Positions 49,241 through 63,538 of a DNA stretch of 64,000 bases are shown piece after piece. Source of the DNA: an uncultured Gemmatimonadales bacterium (GTDB taxonomy: Bacteria > Gemmatimonadota > Gemmatimonadetes > Gemmatimonadales > Gemmatimonadaceae). Location of the stretch: NCBI GenBank assembly GCA_963850905.1, contig CAWKMU010000003.1, positions 3,456,001 through 3,520,000 of the forward strand, read 5' to 3'. Made by a program: the position numbers and the translations under genes. Within the stretch, counting starts at the first letter, position 1; each line of letters starts with the position of its first letter. Below the pieces are notes generated by a model that saw only the letters and a program-made list of their open reading frames with translations, ran no database searches and was not told the origin of the DNA.

Positions 49241-51003
49241 GCAGTTTTGGTGATGGCATCGGGCCAAGATAGATTCTGCGGGCGGTGCTTGGCCACGAGG
49301 CTTCCGTGGATGTTGCCCCGACGCTGCCCGCGCCGGCCGAACTTCGGCTGTGCTATCTCGCTGTCAATGCCACGACGCTAACGGTCGCCGCCGCGACGCG
49401 TCGCGGATCGGGACGGTGTCCCCGGTGTGGGACCGCGACCCGCCGCATCCATAGCCACTACACGCGGAGGCTCGCCGACCTCCCGTGGCATGGCATGGCG
49501 GTCCGGCTCATCGTCACGACGCGCCGGTTCTTTTGCGATCACCCGGGGTGCCCGCGCCGCATCTTCACAGAGCGGCTCCCCCGGACCGCTGCACCGTCGG
49601 CGCGTCGGACCGCGCGACTAGCAGCGACCTTAGATGCGATCGGGCTGGCGTTGGGCGGCGCGGCCGGGGCCCGTCTCGCAGAGATGCTGGGCATGAGCGT
49701 GAGTGGTGACACGGTCCGCCGACTTATGCTCGCCTCGCCCACCTACCCGGCAGCATGCCGTGGGCCTCGCGTGCTGGGCGTGGATGACTGGGCGTGGCGC
49801 CGCGGTCAGTCATATGGCACACTCCTCATCGATCTCGAACAGCGACGCGTGATCGATCTCTTGCCCGACCGAACGCCCGGGACTTTTGCGGCCTGGCTTC
49901 GCGCCCACCCTGGCGTTGAGATCATCAGCCGGGACCGCGGAGGCGCGTACGCGGAAGCAGGGCGCGTTGCAGCGCCTGAAGCCATTCAGGTCGCCGATCG
50001 CTTTCATCTGTTGCGGAATCTCACTGATGCAGTTGACCGAGCAGTTGTGCGTCATGCCGGAGTGGTAGAGGACGTCGCGGCCGTGGACAGTGCGGTACTG
50101 CCGCGCTCACGACTGGCAGTGCGTCGCCGGCGCATCTCGGGGCTGCCGCACAATGGCGGCGGACCGACATTGGCGGAGCAACGTAGCGCCGAACGCCGTA
50201 CCAGGCGACTCGCCCGCTACAACGCGGTTGTCGAACAACGGAAGGCCGGCGCCACGGTAAGTGCGATTGCGCGGCAGACACGGCTTAATCGACGGACCGT
50301 CATGCGCTGGCTCGCGGCCGAGCAGTTTCCCGAGCGGCGTCCGCGTCGCATCCGGGCACGACGCCAGCTGGACCCATATGCCAATGTCATCCTCGCGCGC
50401 TACGACGCCGGCCTCGAGAACGCGAGCCAGCTGGCCCGCGAGCTGCGCGGACTCGGCTACGCTGGCACCAATGCCTCGGTGCGCCGCTACCTGATGGATC
50501 TACGCCAACACCGGCCGCGGAACCTCGCATCGACAGGGCCGGTCCGTGGTCCACCGCGCTACACGGTGCGGCAAACGACCTGGCTGCTCACCCGGCCGGA
50601 CGACGCCTGCACTGCTGACGAACAGGTGTATGTCGATCGGCTTGTAGCCGCCTGCCCGGCGCTGGGGGAAGCCCGTCGCTTAGCGCTTGCTCTTCGGCTG
50701 ATGCTGAAGACTCACGACGGTGCTGCGCTCTCCACCTGGCTCGCACAGGCTCGACAGACGGAACTCCGCGTGTTTGCCCATGGCATCGCTCGCGATCAAG
50801 ATGCTGTCTTAGCAGCCATATTGTTTCAATGGAGCAATGGGCCTGTTGAGGGGCACGTCCACCGACTCAAGTTGATCAAACGTTCAATGTACGGCCGCGC
50901 AGGCTTCGCCCTGCTGCGCCAACGCGTACTGCGCGCGGCCTGATTCATCGGACTGACAGCTTCGTCCTCGACAGGGACTCATCATCAAAACTGCCGAAGA
51001 TCC
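49241..51003 (+). mobile_element. ISL3 family IS with truncated left IR
   Basis: Right IR CATCATCAAAACTGCCGAAGATCC; left side retains only GCAGTTTTGGTGATG. Confidence 0.8.
49285..50943 (+). CDS. ISL3 family transposase
   Basis: CPRC..HSHYTRRLADLP zinc finger, LGVDDWA, SRDRG, ADRFHL, SNGPVEG, RSMYGRAGF. Confidence 0.93.
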   Translation: MLGHEASVDVAPTLPAPAELRLCYLAVNATTLTVAAATRRGSGRCPRCGTATRRIHSHYTRRLADLPWHGMAVRLIVTTRRFFCDHPGCPRRIFTERLPRTAAPSARRTARLAATLDAIGLALGGAAGARLAEMLGMSVSGDTVRRLMLASPTYPAACRGPRVLGVDDWAWRRGQSYGTLLIDLEQRRVIDLLPDRTPGTFAAWLRAHPGVEIISRDRGGAYAEAGRVAAPEAIQVADRFHLLRNLTDAVDRAVVRHAGVVEDVAAVDSAVLPRSRLAVRRRRISGLPHNGGGPTLAEQRSAERRTRRLARYNAVVEQRKAGATVSAIARQTRLNRRTVMRWLAAEQFPERRPRRIRARRQLDPYANVILARYDAGLENASQLARELRGLGYAGTNASVRRYLMDLRQHRPRNLASTGPVRGPPRYTVRQTTWLLTRPDDACTADEQVYVDRLVAACPALGEARRLALALRLMLKTHDGAALSTWLAQARQTELRVFAHGIARDQDAVLAAILFQWSNGPVEGHVHRLKLIKRSMYGRAGFALLRQRVLRAA

Positions 51004-51140
51004 CAATTTCAACCGTTGTTGACCTCGCCATCCCGGCGTCTCGTCAAGGTTCGCTCGCGGGAGTTTGCGACTTGTCTCCATTTTGGCCACCACACCTTGG
51101 CGGCTCGGTCAGCTCCGAACGTGCAAGCTGTTGCGGTACA

Positions 51141-51197
51141 ATGCCGAGGGCGAGACTCGAACTCGCAAGGGAGTTGCCTCCCGGGGGATTTTGAGTC
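51141..51197 (-). repeat. att site: 57-bp duplicate of the tRNA-Leu 3' portion
   Basis: Identical to 59547-59603. Confidence 0.92.
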
Positions 51198-51959
51198 GTA
51201 CGGGCGCCCGGGGCAAGATCGTTGACTTGGAATAGAGGGGCATAACCCGGCATCACCCGGCATCGGGTAGCAGGTATCTGGTCATACTATTGGTCATACA
51301 ACAGCCGCGCGGAGAACTAGCAACGACCGCCGTTCACGAGTCCAGAATCAATCACGAGCGGGTTTGCATGTAGTAGTGGACCGCCGATCGCTGGCATCCA
51401 CAGGAACCGCGTTAGTCGCGTGGACTGGGGGGCTAACCACCCATCCCAGAGCGCAGGAAAGGCGGCATTCCCGGCGTTTCTCGGCGGAGTGACACAACCA
51501 GCGACACCAGCCCTGCTAGCCCAGCCACGGTCTGGCAGTAGCTTTGCGCTTCACAGAACCGCGTTCCCTTAACCCAAGGGCCATGTCCTCGGGTCGTGTG
51601 GTGCCGGCTCCCGCGGGAGCGAGGCCGGGCCAACGAACTCGTTGGGCCCACGTACGGATCACTTGGCCGCGTCTGCGAACTGGTAGACACGCATCGGGCC
51701 GTGCACCGGCTTGAAATAGCGGACCGTTGCTCGGCGATCGCTTGATACGCGCGACCCCCGATATGGCTGGCCATTCCGGGCGATGGACTCGCCTGACGAA
51801 CACAGGCATGGTGGCGGACTAGTCCGCACGCTAGCTTCTCGGGCACCGTCACCCCGGGTCCGCGAGCCCTCCTGACGGCGCCGCGCCTCCGATTTCACGT
51901 TGCTCGCGGGTTTCCCCTATGTCGCGCGGCCGCACACTGCCCGCAAGGGGGCTAACAAG

Positions 51960-52262
51960 ATGATCGCTCTCGCCACGACCGGCGACGTACCGGCCCTCGT
52001 ACGGCATGTCGTTCTCCGCAACATGGCCAACGCGGACCGGGACACCCGCAGTCAGGACCTGGTGCACCGCTGCGCCTCGACGGCGCGTCGTGACGGTCTA
52101 CGACCCGAGCAGCTTCTCGTGGCGATCCGGGACGCGTGGAGGGCCGAGCCAGCGAGACAGGAGACCGCGCCGGAGGATTATGACCGTCTGTTGACGACTT
52201 TGATCAACGCGGTTCTCAATGCCTATTACGCGAAGGACGCGGGCGCGCCGATAGGAAGTTGA
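51960..52262 (+). CDS. Small hypothetical helical protein ending ...NAYYA
   Basis: Purine-rich RBS; ARRDGLRPEQLLVAIR...LINAVLNAYY. Confidence 0.6.
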   Translation: MIALATTGDVPALVRHVVLRNMANADRDTRSQDLVHRCASTARRDGLRPEQLLVAIRDAWRAEPARQETAPEDYDRLLTTLINAVLNAYYAKDAGAPIGS

Positions 52263-52292
52263 CCTTCCCCGTGACCGGCGCCCGAGCAAGCG

Positions 52293-55853
<3,561 letters not shown>

Positions 55854-56068
55854 CTCATTGGCCTCCGAGCAACACCGCTCGAATTGTGGAAGCACGTTGT
55901 GAGACCCGGCCTTCGGTCACGCTACACGGTGACGGCTGATTCTAAGTGCCGGTCGGTCGCCCAGCCAGAGGACACGGGTAAACTGCCCCGGTCGGTAGCG
56001 CGAATCCGCGGCCAAGTCCGACCGGACCGTGGAGACCGCGTCGCGACGAACTCCGGATTTGGTGATTG

Positions 56069-57241
56069 GAGCGGTGAGTTCAACGACTGGTTGCAACAGT
56101 TTCGGCCAACTTCTCTGCCGGCGTCATGAAGCCGAGCGTTTTGCGCGGCCGCGTATTGAGCTTGAGCGCGATGGCGTTGAGCTGCGCTTGCGTGAACGTC
56201 GAGAGATCGGTGCCCTTGGGCAAGTATTGCCGCAGGAGCCCGTTCGTGTTCTCGTTGGTCCCCCGTTGCCACGGACTGTGCGGATCGCAGAAATACACCA
56301 CGACGTCCGTGGCGACGGTGAAGCGCTGGTGCTCAGCCATCTCGAGCCCCCGGTCCCACGTCAGCGACGCCATGAGCCCCTCCGGCAAGCGCCGCACGTG
56401 CCGCGTGAGCGCGCGGGTCACCGTCGGCGCATTCCACTGGGCGATCTTGATGAGCTGGACGAAGCGCGACTGCCGCTCGACCAACGTCGCGACGTGGCTC
56501 CGCCGGGCCGCCCCGGCCAAGAGGTCCCCCTCCCAGTGCCCGGGCACTGCCCGATCCGCTACGCTCGCCGGCCGCGCCGCGATCGGGACGGCGGCGGGGA
56601 TCTGGGCCCGCGATTGCCGGTGGGTCGAGTAGCGCCGACTCCGGCGCACCGCGTGCGACCGCCTGAGGTGCGCGAGGAGTTCCTTCTTCAGCGCGCCCCG
56701 CGCCTGGACATACAGCGTGCGATAGATCGTCTCGTGCGACACGTGCATGGCCGGGTTCCGAGGGTACGTGCGCTGGAGCCACCCCGCAATCTGGGCCGGC
56801 GACCAGTCCCGCTGCAGCTTCGCGGCGACGAGCGCACACAGCCGCGGCTCGCGCGCGAGGCGGCAGCACTTGGGCCGCGCGGTCGTGCGCCACATCCGGG
56901 CCTCCGCTCGCACGGCGCGATACTGGGTCCGTCCGCCATTGCGGGCCACCTCGCGACTGATCGTGGAGGCGGGGCGGCCGAGCTCGCGCGCAATCGCCCG
57001 GATCGCCTCCGCCGCGGCCACGCCGCGACTGATCTGCTCGCGCTCCGCGGTCGTCAATGCCCGCGCTGCGTAAGCGTGGACTCCCCGGCCTTCCACCGGG
57101 ACCACACTTCAGCTCTCTGCGCCGGTGACCACCCGTACTGCGGTGTGGCCTGATCTCGTGCCATTCCTCCACCTCCAATGAGTGCATGGTCAATCAACTC
57201 CAATCAACTACTGTTGCACTCACCGGTTGAACCGAAGGCTC
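56069..57241 (-). mobile_element. IS30 family IS; ends approximate
   Basis: Imperfect ~32-bp IRs (gagc..t...gttcaac...tg..tgcaacagt) at 56069-56100 and 57210-57241. Confidence 0.75.
56080..57164 (-). pseudogene. IS30 transposase with frameshifting N-terminal deletion
   Basis: GHWEGD, TWDRG, PWQRGTNE intact; the RBS-preceded ATG 57164 frame (EVWSRWKAGES) is out of frame with LTTAEREQI. Confidence 0.75.
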
Positions 57242-57424
57242 TTTCTCCAAATGGTCTCCTCGCGCCCCGGCGGGACACGACCGACTCAGGGTGGGAGGGG
57301 ATCCAGCCGGGCGACGAATCCAGTCGCATCCATGCTCCCGTGCAGACGGCAAACGGGCGCCTGCCTCGATCCTGAACACCCGTTCACCGTTGGTGGCGCC
57401 GGTGAAAGGCCGAACGCCAACTGC

Positions 57425-57826
57425 TCAGGAAGCGAGCAGCGCGACGCGCAGCGTGTCGCGGAGCCGGCCCAGTCGGAGCGGGCAGCCGAACGCCGCCAGA
57501 TTGTGGGGCGCCGCCAATCGTCGGACTTCGAGTTCGTGGCGGCTCGGACTGAACGCTACGATCGCTGCGCCGGCACGCCGAGCCCGTTCGATGAACTCAG
57601 GGGAAAATCCCTCAGGGTGGTCGACGTCGACGAGTACGAGCCGCGGACGGTGGTTGTCAAGGATGGTAGTGAGTGGTTCGGTGCCAACCCTGATCCGAAC
57701 CTGATAGCCATCGTACGCGAGAAACTCACCCAGGATCGCTGCAATTTCCGATTGGGTGGAGATTACCACGGCAACGAGCAATTCGGGCTGCGGGCTCAAT
57801 TCGCGTAAGGCAGAGGGACGGAGCAT
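57425..57826 (-). CDS. Atypical stand-alone receiver domain
   Basis: LGEFLAYDGYQV...RPRLVLVDVD...IVAFS; lacks the N-terminal acidic pair and the conserved Lys. Confidence 0.55.
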   Translation of the reverse strand: MLRPSALRELSPQPELLVAVVISTQSEIAAILGEFLAYDGYQVRIRVGTEPLTTILDNHRPRLVLVDVDHPEGFSPEFIERARRAGAAIVAFSPSRHELEVRRLAAPHNLAAFGCPLRLGRLRDTLRVALLAS

Positions 57827-58146
57827 TGGACAGGGCTGGCCGCCTCTGGCATGCCGATCGCCGAGCGTCGCATAGGGCCTCGTGGCCTACAGTATGCTTG
57901 CTCCCGGTAGTGACGCCAGTCAAACAACCGACCTGCTATGGGAACGAGCAAACCTCGTACTCACCCGCTCCAATAGGCCGGAGTACTCTGTCCGCAAATA
58001 CCAAATCGGCTCCGCACCGTCGCCCCAGCGCCGTGCGGGTACGCTCGCCGAAGAAACCGTCCTCTCGTGCACGACCGGGGACCGCCGCCCGTTGTCCCAC
58101 GGAAGTAAGCGTGTCCTTCGCCCACCGGCTACCAGAGTCTACCGTG

Positions 58147-58566
58147 ATGTCGCAACCAGTCGTGCCGATGAACACCGGTCCCTGCCCCCCAACGCCGGGC
58201 GAGGTGCCCCAGGCGGTCGATGCGGCGCTCGAGAGTCGCTCGGCCTTGCGTGCCGCCCAGGACCAGTGGAACCGGTGCGAGACCGACAGCGTGAGCTACC
58301 GTCGCATTGTCGGCGAGTACGAGCACCGACTCGCAGACTCACTGGGGGACCGGGTGCGGCTCCGGGAGGAGATGCGCGGGTTTGGCGCCTACTTGCGCAG
58401 GAGTGACGTCAAGGCCGCGCACATTGCACTCTGTGTGCACGAAGCGATGAGCGACGTGGCGGCGGCGTCCGATCTGTTTGATACGGGCGGCCTTGGCCAA
58501 GAAATGATCCAGTGGGCAATCGACGGCTACTACGGAAATGGTGATACAACGGACTCGCCATCATGA
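58147..58566 (+). CDS. Hypothetical protein, coiled coil plus ...WAIDGYY domain
   Basis: C-terminal half resembles the 51960 protein. Confidence 0.55.
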   Translation: MSQPVVPMNTGPCPPTPGEVPQAVDAALESRSALRAAQDQWNRCETDSVSYRRIVGEYEHRLADSLGDRVRLREEMRGFGAYLRRSDVKAAHIALCVHEAMSDVAAASDLFDTGGLGQEMIQWAIDGYYGNGDTTDSPS

Positions 58567-59009
58567 CGGGGACCCGCCCGTCACGACGGTCGATTCCATC
58601 CCATCTCCCTGCGCCTCTGATCCGCCAGTTCGTCGCGCTTGGATCGACGCTCACCCGGGCGCCGGTGCGCTCAATCCACCAGCGCATCGTGCGACCAATG
58701 ATCGCCACAGCTGACGGCTCATTGTACCACCGCCCGATCTCGTAGTCGCGAGCTCGCCCGCCGTGTACGCGGCATCGCAGCACAATCCCAGTCGGCCCAT
58801 CCGTGGGCGGCGGGATCGTGAAGCGATGCCCGTCATCTGCCCCCAAACGCAACGGGCCACGTGATGCCGCGGACGCGGTTGTAGGCTCGCATATCGTTGT
58901 GAGAGACGCTATCGCAGCGAGGATTAGTCGCGCCAGGGTGCTGGCAGCGATGACGCTTCCGACTTGGCGTCCGCGAAGTAAGCGTCGAGCGCGGTGCCGA
59001 TGAGCGCTC

Positions 59010-59474
59010 ATGGCGGGGACGGGCATGGAGTACAGCGCGGCGGCGCGCGTCCGCCGGCGCGATGTCGATCTTGAGGCCCGCGTGGTGTTCGCCAACGGCG
59101 AGAAAAACGAGTACCGAACGCGCTACGTCGAAGTGACAGAAGACTGGGCGTGGCAGATCATCGAAGCGCACGCCAAGGGATTCTCGCCAAACGCTCCGCT
59201 CTTTCCCGGAATCCGCGAAGAGGCGGCTCTAGTCGAGCACCATCGCGCTGCGAAGGCGCTGGGGCTGCCGAGAACGACGCTCCACCACCACCGACACTCG
59301 TTTGCCGTCATGCAGCTGCGGCGTGGCCGCGACAATCAGTGGCTTAAGAACCAACTCGGGCACGCCCCGCAATCGACGCTGCTCTACACGACTTACGGGC
59401 TCTATATCCAGGCGGCGAAGCTCACCGAACAGCAACTCGCGCGGCAGGGTGGCCGAAGCGCGACCAGGCAATAA
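59010..59474 (+). pseudogene. Tyrosine recombinase catalytic domain, N-terminally truncated
   Basis: GTGME (usually TGxR), GEKN, LHHHRHSFA, QLGH, TTYG; in-frame TGA at 59001. Confidence 0.8.
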
Positions 59475-59547
59475 TCGGCCAAGCGTTGGTCATACTTCTG
59501 GTCATACACGACCGAGAAGTGACGTGAGGCCAAATGTCGTAAGTCTA

Positions 59548-59633
59548 TGCCGAGGGCGAGACTCGAACTCGCAAGGGAGTTGCCTCCCGGGGGATTTTGA
59601 GTCCCCTGCGTCTACCAATTCCGCCACCCCGGC
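59548..59633 (-). tRNA. tRNA-Leu(CAA)
   Basis: GCCGGGG acceptor stem, GGAATTGGTAGAC D-arm, GGGGA-CTCAAAA-TCCCC anticodon arm, long variable arm, GTTCGAGTC T-loop; CCA not encoded. Confidence 0.96.
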
Positions 59634-59803
59634 TGGGGAGGCTCAATGTAGCCCCAGCGAGCATGTGACTCAACCAGACGAAGGTGCTAAGAAACGACCG
59701 CGCCCGACGCAACCGGGTTGCGTGACCTCGGAAACCAGACATGGTCCGAGACCAGAAGCCTGCGCTCTTGACCGCCGCTGCACCAAAGCCAATGGTCACC
59801 GCA

Positions 59804-60334
59804 ATGCTAGCATTCACCATTCGCCGAGCGACAGCCGAAGACGCCGCCGCCATCGCGGACGTGCACGGGGACGCCGTTCGGAGTCTCGGCGCCGCACACT
59901 ATCCGGCAGAGATCATCGCCGAATGGGGCGCGCCACGACCCCCCAAGCGCGTGCGCGATGCCATGGACCGCGGCGGCGTCTTCTTCGTCGCCACCAACTC
60001 GGAGGCACCGGGCGTCGAGTCCGTGCTCGGATTCTCGTCGTACGCCGTCGAAGCCGACATGCATCGCATCGCCGTGTACGTGCGGGGCTCCGCCGCGCGG
60101 CGCGGCGTGGGACGCGCGGTCTATGCCGCCGGAGAATCGGTCGCGCACGCCGCCGGCGCACAGGCCATCCACATCGAAGCCGCACTGGGCGCCATTCCGT
60201 TTTGGACTGCCCTGGGGTTCGAGACGCTGGACCGGTTCGACCACGCCCTTCCAAGTGGCCGTTTCATGCCCTCCGTCCGAATGCAGAAGTCCCTCGTCCC
60301 CAGGCCGGACGCGCCCCCGGCACCCAGCGTGTGA
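59804..60334 (+). CDS. GNAT acetyltransferase
   Basis: IRRATAEDA, VYVRGSAARRGVGRA, AIPFWTALGF. Confidence 0.85.
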   Translation: MLAFTIRRATAEDAAAIADVHGDAVRSLGAAHYPAEIIAEWGAPRPPKRVRDAMDRGGVFFVATNSEAPGVESVLGFSSYAVEADMHRIAVYVRGSAARRGVGRAVYAAGESVAHAAGAQAIHIEAALGAIPFWTALGFETLDRFDHALPSGRFMPSVRMQKSLVPRPDAPPAPSV

Positions 60335-60369
60335 GACTTTGAGCCCAGTCCGACGGTACCACTGGTACC

Positions 60370-61962
60370 ATGACGCTCTCCACCACTCCGACGACCATCG
60401 CCGGCCACCAGCCCGCGCCCACCGGGCCCACCGATCGCGTCAGCTTCTTCGCCGAACAAGCACGCAATCGTCGCGCGAGCTGGGTGTTCGGCGCCCTCTC
60501 GGCCATTGCCGTCACCATCACCGGCATCCCACTCAGCGTCCTCGCCGCGCCCCTGCTCTACGTCATGGTCATGCCGTTGGGCCTCGTCATGACGGCGATG
60601 TTCCCGCACTCGGCGTGGTCACTCTTGCTCGTTCTGCCGGCGACCATTTTCCCGCTGCTCGTCGGAGCCCGATCCAATACGGCACACATGACGTTCACGA
60701 GTCCGCAGGGAGTCGTCGCGCTCCACGGCACGGCACTACTCGCGATTGCAACGGGTCTCGCGGTACTGCCTGGCGCAGTGATGTTCCTGCTGATCTGGCT
60801 CGTCGTGCGCGCCGTGCTTCGCCGCGCGGGCACGCGAGCGATCCTCGCGACGGTCGGCGCCCGCAACGCCGACCCGAACGACAGTGAGGAGCGGCAGTTC
60901 ACGGATGTCGTCGAGGAGATGGCCGTGGCCGCTGGTATTCCCACGCCCCGCGTCGTCGTGATCGATGGCAAAACGGCCGGCGACGCTGCGAACGCCGCCA
61001 CGGTCGGATGGTCCGTCAACGATACGACGGTCGTCGTGACCCGGCCGCTCCTCGACACGCTGACCCGCGATGAGCTCCAGGCAATGATCGGACGCGTCGT
61101 GGCGTCCATTGGGAACGGTGATCTCACGATCGCGTTCCGCATGCTGTCGATCTTCCAGACCGTACGCATCATCCAGTTCGCCCTCTTCGGCGTCTCGCGT
61201 GCGCGCACGCTGCAAGTCTTCCGGCGCTGTGTGCGAGTCGCACTGAGACGCCACCCTCCAGCGACGGACGCCGAGCGGTCCGATGAGCAGTCTGTCGCGA
61301 CCGACCTGCTCGCCGTCGGAAGCTTCCGAGCGACCTTGGACCAAGCGATCGGACACGCCTCGCTCATCGGGTGCCTGCTGGCCCCGATTCTGTTCCCGCT
61401 CCGCTTCACGGCCTGGACCATTGGCTTCATCATCTCGACGTCGGAGTACCTGCTAACCGGGCCGCTCGTCGATGCTGCCCTGCGCCGACGAGAACTGCTA
61501 TCGGACGCAACCGCCGTCCGGTTCACGCGCAATCCTGACGGGCTGGCAAGCGCACTGGAACGACTCCGCGGGGTCGAAACGGTGGTGCCTCGAGCCGACA
61601 ATCTGTCCAGTCTGTTCGCCGTGTGGTGGCCCGTAACACTGGCAGACAAAAACGCACCGGTCGTGCTCTTCGCCCGGAAGCCACACGCGACAGCCCAGCG
61701 ACGGCTGGCGCAGCTCATCGCCATGGGCGCACACCCGGACGCGGGGGGCCGTCCATCCATGACACCGGCGCATGCGTTTGTGTCGACACCGGCTCCCACG
61801 TTTGACGCGTCAACGATCGCCTCTACGTTCCTCGGGTTCGCGCTCTTTCAAGTCGTCTGGGTGATGATGTGGGTGGCGATGTGGCTCACGAGCTTCGAGC
61901 TCTTCTTGCTGGGGTTCCTCGGCGTGTGGATCGCGCAACGCCTGGCGATGGGGCCCCATTGA
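60370..61962 (+). CDS. HtpX/M48-like membrane protein lacking HExxH
   Basis: [70 protein letters not shown]. Confidence 0.8.
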   Translation: MTLSTTPTTIAGHQPAPTGPTDRVSFFAEQARNRRASWVFGALSAIAVTITGIPLSVLAAPLLYVMVMPLGLVMTAMFPHSAWSLLLVLPATIFPLLVGARSNTAHMTFTSPQGVVALHGTALLAIATGLAVLPGAVMFLLIWLVVRAVLRRAGTRAILATVGARNADPNDSEERQFTDVVEEMAVAAGIPTPRVVVIDGKTAGDAANAATVGWSVNDTTVVVTRPLLDTLTRDELQAMIGRVVASIGNGDLTIAFRMLSIFQTVRIIQFALFGVSRARTLQVFRRCVRVALRRHPPATDAERSDEQSVATDLLAVGSFRATLDQAIGHASLIGCLLAPILFPLRFTAWTIGFIISTSEYLLTGPLVDAALRRRELLSDATAVRFTRNPDGLASALERLRGVETVVPRADNLSSLFAVWWPVTLADKNAPVVLFARKPHATAQRRLAQLIAMGAHPDAGGRPSMTPAHAFVSTPAPTFDASTIASTFLGFALFQVVWVMMWVAMWLTSFELFLLGFLGVWIAQRLAMGPH

Positions 61963-62144
61963 GGCGCCGCGTCCCGCGAGAGTGGACGGAGATGTCGGAC
62001 CCGACCGTGCAGGATTGGCGAAATCGGGGGCAGACCGATACCGCTCGACTCAATGCGATCGGTGCGGCGCGGTTGACGGACGCCGTGCACTCACCCATCG
62101 TGCAAAACCCTGCACCTGCATCCGGGCGAATCGGAGGAGGCCCC

Positions 62145-63524
62145 ATGCCGACCAGCGATTTCGGCGCCACCACGGTGACACCTCGATCGAGCGCCACAAT
62201 GTCACAACTCCCCGACCGCATTACCGTCTCGAGCGGGACGCCGTGGGAACCGCTTGTTGGTTATGCGCGCGCCGTGCGCGTGGGGCGGCACGTGCACGTC
62301 TCCGGAACCACGGCGACCGCCACGGACGGCACACTCGTCGGCAAGGGCGATCCGTACGCGCAGACAGTGCAAGCGCTCGCGAATATTCGCAGCGCGCTCG
62401 AGCAGGCCGGTGCGTCACTCAAGGATGTGGTCCGCACGCGGATCTATGTGACCAACATCGAGAACTGGGAGCGCGTGGGCCGGGCACACGGCGAGGTGTT
62501 CGGCGACATTCGGCCGACCGCGACCATGGTCGAGGTGCAGCGATTGATCGACCCCGCGATGCTGGTCGAGATCGAAGCAGAGGCGTACGTGGCCCCGGGT
62601 CTCGCCGACGCGACGGCGCCCACGACGTTCAACGCGGAGCGCTGGCCCGCGTTGCCCCTCGCCGCGTGGCGCGACACGTACGAGACGCTGCACATGTGGA
62701 CGCAGATCATCGGCAAGACGCGACTCGCGCTCGCCGCTCCCGTCAACCATTGGTGGCACGTCGCGCTCTACGTCACACCCGCAGGCCTCTCGACATCCGC
62801 GATGCCGTTCGACGGCGGTGCAGTCGACATCGAGTTCGACTTTCTGCGACACGCCCTCCACATCCGCACGAGTACCGGTGCAGCACGCTCCCTCGCACTT
62901 GCGCCCCGATCCGTCGCGGATTTCTACGTCGAGTACATGACCGCGCTCCGTGAGCTCGGGATCGGTGCGCAGATCTGGCCCAGAGCGGTCGAGGTGCCGG
63001 ACCCCGTGTCCTTCCTGCAGGACCATCGCCACACGTCGTACGACCCGGAGTCAGCGCGCCGACTCCATCGCGTGCTGGTCGAGTCGGATCGGGTGTTCAG
63101 TACCTTCCGCGGTCAGTTCATCGGCAAGTCGAGCCCCGTGCATTTCTTCTGGGGCAGCTTCGATCTCTGCGTCACCCGCTTCTCGGGACGACGCGCGCCC
63201 CCACGGCCCGGCGCCGACCGGATCACGCGCGAGGGCTATTCGCACGAGGAGATCAGCGTCGGCTTCTGGCCCGGCAGCGGTCCCGTGCAAGAACCCGCAT
63301 TCTACGGCTACGCCTCGCCGGAGCCCCCCGGCTTCTCATCCGCCACGCTGCGCCCGAGTGCCGCCTATTACCACCGCGAGCTGGGCGAGTTCATTCTGCC
63401 ATACGAGGCCGTTCGCGCCGCCGACTCTCCGGACGACACACTCCTCGACTTCATCGAGTCAGCCTACGACGCCGGCGCAACCCTCGGTCGCTGGGACCGG
63501 ACGTCGTTGGAGCGGGAGGCCTGA
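62145..63524 (+). CDS. Rid7-type RidA domain fused to a DUF5996-like domain
   Basis: [27 protein letters not shown]...[15 protein letters not shown], then [35 protein letters not shown]. Confidence 0.82.
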   Translation: MPTSDFGATTVTPRSSATMSQLPDRITVSSGTPWEPLVGYARAVRVGRHVHVSGTTATATDGTLVGKGDPYAQTVQALANIRSALEQAGASLKDVVRTRIYVTNIENWERVGRAHGEVFGDIRPTATMVEVQRLIDPAMLVEIEAEAYVAPGLADATAPTTFNAERWPALPLAAWRDTYETLHMWTQIIGKTRLALAAPVNHWWHVALYVTPAGLSTSAMPFDGGAVDIEFDFLRHALHIRTSTGAARSLALAPRSVADFYVEYMTALRELGIGAQIWPRAVEVPDPVSFLQDHRHTSYDPESARRLHRVLVESDRVFSTFRGQFIGKSSPVHFFWGSFDLCVTRFSGRRAPPRPGADRITREGYSHEEISVGFWPGSGPVQEPAFYGYASPEPPGFSSATLRPSAAYYHRELGEFILPYEAVRAADSPDDTLLDFIESAYDAGATLGRWDRTSLEREA

Positions 63525-63538
63525 GAACTGAGGGAACG

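Noticed and set aside
51141..51197. Possible second tRNA-Leu
   Set aside because: Lacks the 5' acceptor strand and D-arm; it is the att duplicate
58409..59095. 228-aa minus-strand ORF in the island
   Set aside because: Overlaps two better-supported plus-strand ORFs; the middle part may be a phage remnant but this is unsupported
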